Source: a virus. From it: DNA of 64,000 nucleotides. Positions 59,288-64,000 of the stretch are shown piece after piece. Location of the stretch: positions 32,001 through 96,000 of the IMG/VR virus record IMGVR_UViG_3300044535_002275; one strand, written 5' to 3'. Every line of letters begins with the position of its first letter. Position 1 is the first letter of the stretch. The notes below the pieces were generated by a model. It saw only the letters and a program-made list of their open reading frames with translations. It was not told the origin of the DNA and ran no database searches. The translations under genes and the position numbers were made by a program.

Positions 59288-59683
59288 TCAGATCGAATAC
59301 GTATTGCCTTTGCTCATATTTTCCTTAGCTGGCAAATATTGCAGATTTTCTAAGACATGGAATCCGCTTACTAATTTTCCTCTTAGCGGGATTATATGGT
59401 CGACATGGTATCCTTCGGGACAATTTAGATAGAAGTTTTTAATCGCTTGCTTATCTGCCCAAGCCGGCATTCTTTGCAATCTAACTGCTCGTTCAGTTGC
59501 ACTTTTTAATCTAACTTTATCTCTATTATTTTTTTGCCACCGTCTGTATCGTTCTGACTGAGTTTTGGCATTAGACCGACGTTGAGCTTCTTGTTTACCG
59601 GGCTTGTTTAAATATTTTTGTTGGTAAGCTTTAAAACGTTCTTTTCGTTCTTCTTCGGTTTCTATTATTTTTTTGCGTCCCAT
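59288..59683 (-). CDS. Free-standing HNH (homing-type) endonuclease
   Basis: YHVDHIIPLRG..VSGFHV.ENLQ.L...EN.SK.N; basic N-terminus. GATAAATA late motif favours start MGRKK at 59683. Confidence 0.88.
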   Translation of the reverse strand: MGRKKIIETEEERKERFKAYQQKYLNKPGKQEAQRRSNAKTQSERYRRWQKNNRDKVRLKSATERAVRLQRMPAWADKQAIKNFYLNCPEGYHVDHIIPLRGKLVSGFHVLENLQYLPAKENMSKGNTYSI

Positions 59684-59706
59684 GATATTATTTATCATCG
59701 TTTGCT

Positions 59707-59732
59707 AAAAGAAAAGCCCGCCGAAGCGGGCT
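59707..59732 (-). terminator. tmRNA terminator
   Basis: AGCCCGC-TTCG-GCGGGCT-TTTCTTTT. Confidence 0.8.
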
Positions 59733-60048
59733 ACTATTTTCTGTTTCGAAGGATAGTTCCTCAATAACGGCTTAAGCGGCCGCTAAAAATAACTCATCAT
59801 TAGCTGCGGTTATTTGGTTGTTTACTTTTAACGACTATCTGTGTCGAGTTGTCCATGCCGTTACTTGTTGCCCAATCGAAACCTGGTCAGCCCCATCAGA
59901 AGCATACTATGGTGAAATAGACTTACAATGTAGAGGTCTTGGCTTACCATTCCTGATCTTTTTACAGATTTTAATATGCTTATGGTGGAGCTGGAGGGAA
60001 TCGAACCCTCGTCTTGAACACTTTTCTCTTTACTTCATACAACAATTC
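59733..60048 (-). ncRNA. ssrA: Circularly permuted (two-piece) tmRNA
   Basis: Minus-strand order: T-arm plus CAGCTCC-A-CCA (ends 59983), 88-nt spacer, GGGGCTG (59894; G3.U pair), tag GCA GCT AAT GAT GAG TTA TTT TTA GCG GCC GCT TAA = AANDELFLAAA* (59807-59772). P2 TTGGGCA/TGTTCAA. Confidence 0.92.
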
Positions 60049-60054
60049 TTAAAA

Positions 60055-60210
60055 TCAATCCGGCTGTTTACGAGCATTGAGTTTATCAGATGCATAGGTA
60101 ACCAGCACCCATGGTAGTACAGCATGAATTACTAATGCACCTGCTATCTTTAACGCAAAAAATAAATGCTTGAAATATCCCACGTTGTTTTCTTTCAGAT
60201 GATCAATCAC
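60055..60210 (-). CDS. Small membrane protein (DUF6356-like; not in the ORF track)
   Basis: MIDHLKENNVGYFKHLFFALKIAGALVIHAVLPW...AS; H/Y..H/IHA..P pattern. Confidence 0.55.
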   Translation of the reverse strand: MIDHLKENNVGYFKHLFFALKIAGALVIHAVLPWVLVTYASDKLNARKQPD

Positions 60211-60268
60211 CACTGTACCCCTGTGTTTATACAATATTATACCCGTCTTTTTCGGGTATAATATTTAG

Positions 60269-60511
60269 TTAAGCATCAGAGTCCTGCGGCGGACGTTCCT
60301 TGCGATCCAATGTGCGTGGCTTTAACAAGTAATCACGCCCGATCAAGCCTGCTTCGATTTCTCGTAGTGCAGTAACTGGCAGATCATTGTTGCATTGAAC
60401 CCTGGGTAACCACCCGCGTTTAAGTTCTCTGACTCTACGCGAAGCAATTAACACCAGGTCGTATTTGTTGCCCACTGCTAAGGCAGCAGCGTCACTGGTA
60501 ATTCTGGCCAT
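60269..60511 (-). CDS. rpoZ: RNA polymerase omega subunit homolog
   Basis: MARIT...VGNKYDLVLIASRRVREL...VTALREIEAG; own promoter TTGACA-N17-TATAAT at 60541-60569. Confidence 0.9.
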   Translation of the reverse strand: MARITSDAAALAVGNKYDLVLIASRRVRELKRGWLPRVQCNNDLPVTALREIEAGLIGRDYLLKPRTLDRKERPPQDSDA

Positions 60512-60565
60512 TTTATTTCCTTAAGAAAGTTTAAGTACAAATTATACAACAATATCAAAAATTTG

Positions 60566-61444
60566 TCAATTCCAGTTAGGATCAAACAATACTTGCCCGT
60601 CTGTATTGATATCAAATCCCTTAACTGTGTAGTTGTTAGCTTGTTCTTCGTACCCGGCATAACCGCGAGGATTGCACAGCACAGTAGTTTCTCCAATTTG
60701 ATATCGGAAATCATCATGTGTGTGACCATGTGTCCAAACTCTAATTTCGGGATGGTCCAGCATGAACTCGCTGAGATCACTAGAGTAACCACCGTTCATT
60801 AAATGGTCATCGGCATACTTGGGTTTGATACTGAGCTTGCTGGGTGCATGATGAGTAACCACAACTACCGGTCTAGGATCAGGTCTAGCACGATTGTTTT
60901 CTAACGCAATGCGAAAAAAAGTCAAGGTATCCTTGTGGTGACGATACGCAATTTCTGGCTGGAAACGATAGTAATCGTTGTTGTCATTTTGATAACGAAT
61001 GATCCTAAAATCGTTCATGCAGCTTTTGAGATGAAACATGGTGAGATCATCACCACCGTTCATGTCAGTCCACAAAGTAGCACCCAAAAACAACACACCG
61101 TCCAGCTCGATACTTTCTTTTTCCAGCAAGTACACGTTGGTGGGCAACTGGCTTTTGATGTGATCGTAGGTTTTGTTAAATGTAAAACTGTAGTGTTCGT
61201 GGTTGCCCATGACCCAGATCACATGGCGATATTTTTGACTACATTCTTCCAGTAAAAATCGATAGTAGCGATCAGGCCGTTTAGCAGCCGATTCAAAAGG
61301 TAATGTAACCTGCTCAGGGTTGTAGTCTTTTTCGCTGAGATTTTTGGCTTCAAATACATCACCAGACAGAATCAAGACATCACCCCCGGGCAAGGTCAAG
61401 TCACTAAATTCCAAATGAAGGTCACTAACTAGGTCCACGTGCAT
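60566..61444 (-). CDS. Calcineurin-like metallophosphoesterase
   Basis: SDLH, SGD, GNHE, THHAP, HGHTH, NPRGY; promoter TTGACA-N17-TAAAAT at 61534-61562. Confidence 0.9.
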   Translation of the reverse strand: MHVDLVSDLHLEFSDLTLPGGDVLILSGDVFEAKNLSEKDYNPEQVTLPFESAAKRPDRYYRFLLEECSQKYRHVIWVMGNHEHYSFTFNKTYDHIKSQLPTNVYLLEKESIELDGVLFLGATLWTDMNGGDDLTMFHLKSCMNDFRIIRYQNDNNDYYRFQPEIAYRHHKDTLTFFRIALENNRARPDPRPVVVVTHHAPSKLSIKPKYADDHLMNGGYSSDLSEFMLDHPEIRVWTHGHTHDDFRYQIGETTVLCNPRGYAGYEEQANNYTVKGFDINTDGQVLFDPNWN

Positions 61445-61555
61445 TTTAATTTCTCCAAATACTCAGTAGAAACCATTAGTTTCTGCTGCAGTCGCATAAA
61501 TACTTTCATAGTAGAAACACTGAGTCTACTGCCATTTTAACACAAAACTTATATC

Positions 61556-61723
61556 ATGTCAATACTTAACTTACTAGAACGCCTTGCAGAAATGTTCCCT
61601 AACCAGGATTATCACTCACGCATGGAGCGTTATATACGGCTGTGTCGGCCACAATCAGCAGCAGAAGTAGATCATTGCCAGCGGCAATTTGAAAGAAACG
61701 AATTCAGGAGATTGGGATTATGA
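61556..61723 (+). CDS. Small protein (DUF3563-like; not in the ORF track)
   Basis: MSILNLLERLAEMFP...MERYI...AAEVDHCQRQFER; CATAAATA upstream. Confidence 0.5.
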   Translation: MSILNLLERLAEMFPNQDYHSRMERYIRLCRPQSAAEVDHCQRQFERNEFRRLGL

Positions 61724-61812
61724 AAGCATTTTTTAAATCAATATTGAGCAGCATGCAAGACGCAATGGCATTGCGAGCAGAACTATATATTAAAACAAGA
61801 GGATGGGAATAA
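61720..61812 (+). CDS. 30-aa amphipathic peptide
   Basis: MKAFFKSILSSMQDAMALRAELYIKTRGWE*; AGGAG upstream and ATGA coupling. Confidence 0.4.
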   Translation: MKAFFKSILSSMQDAMALRAELYIKTRGWE

Positions 61813-61814
61813 TC

Positions 61815-61943
61815 GTGAAAATCTTAAAGAAAATTGCAGCTTTTTTTGAATTTTTTGGCCGAGCAAGATCTGCTGGTATATTGGCAAGACAAGGTCGACG
61901 CCAAGAAGCAATCGACCATATCCAAGGTTCAAGAATCGTTTAA
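61815..61943 (+). CDS. 42-aa amphipathic peptide
   Basis: MKILKKIAAFFEFFGRARSAGILARQGRRQEA...; GTG start. Confidence 0.4.
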   Translation: MKILKKIAAFFEFFGRARSAGILARQGRRQEAIDHIQGSRIV

Positions 61944-61954
61944 CAGTTGAAGTT

Positions 61955-62314
61955 TTAAGACTGTGGTCCGTACTTGTTGTCACCGGGAGTTGGTGGAATA
62001 AAAATTAGAGCAATTGCCACAGCAAATCCCACATAGGGAATAAGATACAAAAATACCCAGCAACCGCTTTGGTCGAAGTCTCTTATACGTTGAGCTGAAA
62101 CAATCATGCTCATTACGTACAAGACAATGAATGCTGGTACCATGATGATGAGGCTAAGTCCGTAAGACAAAAATGCAAAAACGGTACCTACAATGACCAC
62201 TGCAATGGCCAGCGCGATCAATGCCACGTTGGCCAATACATAGCTCTTTCGACCGCGACGTCCTTCAAATTTAAACATGCTACCAAAAAAAGATTGTGCT
62301 TGAGTGTTGTCCAC
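61955..62314 (-). CDS. DUF805 inner-membrane protein
   Basis: F.GR..RK.Y, QRIRD...SG, LIPYVG, G.NKYG. Confidence 0.85.
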   Translation of the reverse strand: MDNTQAQSFFGSMFKFEGRRGRKSYVLANVALIALAIAVVIVGTVFAFLSYGLSLIIMVPAFIVLYVMSMIVSAQRIRDFDQSGCWVFLYLIPYVGFAVAIALIFIPPTPGDNKYGPQS

Positions 62315-62391
62315 TGTGGGATCTCCTGATTAAGTTAATATATTTGTATTGTACTGTGTGATATATTACTGATCAACTGCTTTGGTGATAT

Positions 62392-62466
62392 TGGTGCCCC
62401 CACCCGGAATCGAACTGGGATTTGATGATTACAAGTCAACTGTAATAGCCGTTATACTATAGGGGC
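62392..62466 (-). tRNA. tRNA-Thr(UGU)
   Basis: GCCCCTA...CT-TGT-AA...GTTCGATTC...TGGGGGC-A-CCA. Confidence 0.92.
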
Positions 62467-62476
62467 GTGAAACTGT

Positions 62477-62683
62477 TTACTCAACTGATTCAACAGCTAC
62501 AACCTGTCCGATGTAGCTTTTTCGACTTTTTACAATCCGAATTCGATTGAGAATTTTTGCTTTAATTTTCTTTTTTCCTTCTTTTTCTAATACAGACTCT
62601 AGTTGACTCACTGTCAATCCACCAAGCCTAATTTTACCAGTTTTGGTTTTGTTTGGATCTCTAACTTGATTACGTTGCGACAT
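62477..62683 (-). CDS. Small basic hypothetical protein
   Basis: AAGGA RBS; 68 aa. Confidence 0.55.
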   Translation of the reverse strand: MSQRNQVRDPNKTKTGKIRLGGLTVSQLESVLEKEGKKKIKAKILNRIRIVKSRKSYIGQVVAVESVE

Positions 62684-62701
62684 TTTATTCCTTTAAAATT
62701 T

Positions 62702-62789
62702 TGGCGGGTAGTATAGGAGTCGAACCTATCCACCGGTTTCCCAGTGAGGGATTAGCAATCCCTTGCCTTAACCGCTCGGCCAACTACCC
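62702..62789 (-). tRNA. tRNA-Ser(GCU)
   Basis: GGGTAGT...TT-GCT-AA, long variable arm, G73, encoded CCA. Confidence 0.93.
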
Positions 62790-62801
62790 AATAATCTTAT
62801 T

Positions 62802-62996
62802 TTATAGCAAATCTTTTAAATTTGCAATCTGCGCTGGACTCAAAACCAATTCGAACTGTGTCTGCACACTTCCGTCTCTACGAGCATGATCCCATTCTGT
62901 TAGGAATCTAATTTGTTTGTGTCCTGCTGGTTTAGCTATGTCTCTGATTTCTAAAATAGTTCGAAATCCGTCGTTGTCATTAATAACTGTTTTCAT
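62802..62996 (-). CDS. Small hypothetical protein
   Basis: 64 aa; AGGA upstream. Confidence 0.5.
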   Translation of the reverse strand: MKTVINDNDGFRTILEIRDIAKPAGHKQIRFLTEWDHARRDGSVQTQFELVLSPAQIANLKDLL

Positions 62997-63003
62997 TTTA
63001 ATC

Positions 63004-63453
63004 CTAAGTATTTGCGTCTGTAAATAATTTAGTAAATTCTGGATCCTTGCTAAAGACTCGCACAGATGATGACAAACGAGCTACTAAATGTATTCCAGTT
63101 TCGGAATGTTCTTGGCACCATTCAAACACTTGGTCTTTCACGGGACGATTGGATAGTACCAACAACACATACCGATAGTTTTCAATCGATCTGTTTACTA
63201 AAATAACACCTGACTGATCCGGGCGCATCCATTCGGGTACACGGGTGTTTATTTTCCAGTGACATTTGAATGTTTGGCAGGGCGTTTCTGGTCGGATCAT
63301 GTAGATACCGCAACCTGATTGATTCAAGTAATGACAAGGTTTTCCGGGATAAAATTCGTGTCCGTATGCTTCGCCAGTTAACCAACCTTCACAACACATG
63401 CGGCAACTGCTGCAGGCTCGGTCTACGGACTTTTTACTAAGTATCGGTATCAT
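63004..63453 (-). CDS. YkgJ-like CxxCxxCC zinc/iron-chelating protein
   Basis: CSSCRMCC...C.YL....C.IY..RP..C..F.C.W. Confidence 0.75.
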   Translation of the reverse strand: MIPILSKKSVDRACSSCRMCCEGWLTGEAYGHEFYPGKPCHYLNQSGCGIYMIRPETPCQTFKCHWKINTRVPEWMRPDQSGVILVNRSIENYRYVLLVLSNRPVKDQVFEWCQEHSETGIHLVARLSSSVRVFSKDPEFTKLFTDANT

Positions 63454-63494
63454 CCATTAATTATGCAAAATATATCAGGATGGTAAAATAAAAT

Positions 63495-63571
63495 TGGATG
63501 CAGGGGCTGGATTCGAACCAGCGACCTCCAGGTTATGAGCCTAGCGGGATGACCAACTTCCCTACCCTGCG
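63495..63571 (-). tRNA. tRNA-Met(CAU), initiator-like
   Basis: C1.A72 mismatch, G2-C71, C3-G70, purine11-pyrimidine24, CT-CAT-AA, CCA. Confidence 0.9.
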
Positions 63572-63584
63572 ATTGATTGTTCAA

Positions 63585-63782
63585 TGGCCACTTGCGTCCC
63601 CGCTAGCCCCATTCTGAGTTGTCTACCCTGTCGATCCATTTATTTTTCTGGACAGGTTGGCTCCTGCCCTACGGTGTTTTCAAGACGCGGCGGTAATGCC
63701 GCCTTGAGGACTGACCGTATGTACCCTGCTGGTATGGCTGCAGCAATCGCCCCCTATACTTACGAGTAGGGATCCCGGGATT
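63585..63782 (-). ncRNA. Unidentified ~200-nt structured RNA in the tRNA cluster
   Basis: GC-rich non-coding gap between tRNA-Asp and tRNA-Met, with multiple helices, a possible pseudoknot and a ...GGCCA end. Confidence 0.6.
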
Positions 63783-63790
63783 CTAAAAGT

Positions 63791-63868
63791 TGGCGACTCG
63801 GACGGGATTCGAACCCGTGATCTCTTGCGTGACAGGCAAGCGTATTAGGCCAACTATACTACCGAGCC
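63791..63868 (-). tRNA. tRNA-Asp(GUC)
   Basis: GGCTCGG...CT-GTC-AC...CCGAGTC-G-CCA. Confidence 0.94.
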
Positions 63869-63872
63869 AATT

Positions 63873-63956
63873 TGGTGGAGGTGGTAGGGATCGAACCTAC
63901 CTGGCGTTAGCCCACGAATTTACAGTCCGCTGTCCCACCGTTGGAACATCACCTCC
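63873..63956 (-). tRNA. tRNA-Tyr(GUA)
   Basis: GGAGGTG...CT-GTA-AA, long variable arm, CACCTCC-A-CCA. Confidence 0.92.
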
Positions 63957-64000
63957 AAAAACTTTTGTGTTGCTATTATAGCAACGCCATATTGAAGCAC

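Noticed and set aside
59818-60117. 99-aa plus-strand ORF
   Set aside because: Antisense shadow of the tmRNA.
45390-61444. Metallophosphoesterases as dedicated cAMP phosphodiesterases for the cyclase
   Set aside because: Both are common phage types, not adjacent to the cyclase, and substrate cannot be read from the motifs.
62701-63981. Plus-strand ORFs at 62701, 63584 and 63790
   Set aside because: Antisense to tRNAs and the structured RNA.
1-64000. Stop-codon recoding, as seen in some jumbo phages
   Set aside because: Genes are full length in code 11, TAA, TGA and TAG all end genes, and no suppressor tRNA is present.

Overview
A 64-kb segment of a large, T4-like/jumbo-type tailed phage genome (standard genetic code, dense genes, TAAATA late-type and TTGACn-N17-TATAAT sigma70 promoters). 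Its porin, RmpM/OmpA and TctC-like genes point to a betaproteobacterial (Burkholderiales-like) host, which is an inference. Layout: 1-13.6 kb, baseplate and tail-fibre structural genes. 13.7-35.7 kb, a ~22-kb sugar-tailoring locus with GT-A and GT10-like glycosyltransferases, five N-terminal-twitch radical SAM enzymes, an O-carbamoyltransferase, an amidinotransferase, a DegT aminotransferase and an NDP-sugar epimerase, a combination resembling aminoglycoside-type chemistry. 36-48 kb, thyX, MoxR/vWA, small early genes and a TctA/TctC/PP-loop island. 48-59 kb, host-envelope and stress genes: rubrerythrin, CHASE2 adenylate cyclase, Pho-box-controlled pstS, a csgF-csgG-curlin-FecR operon, RmpM/OmpA and a porin. 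59-64 kb, an HNH cassette at the 3' end of a circularly permuted two-piece tmRNA, then rpoZ, five tRNAs and an unidentified ~200-nt structured RNA. All calls come from motifs read by eye; no database searches were run.
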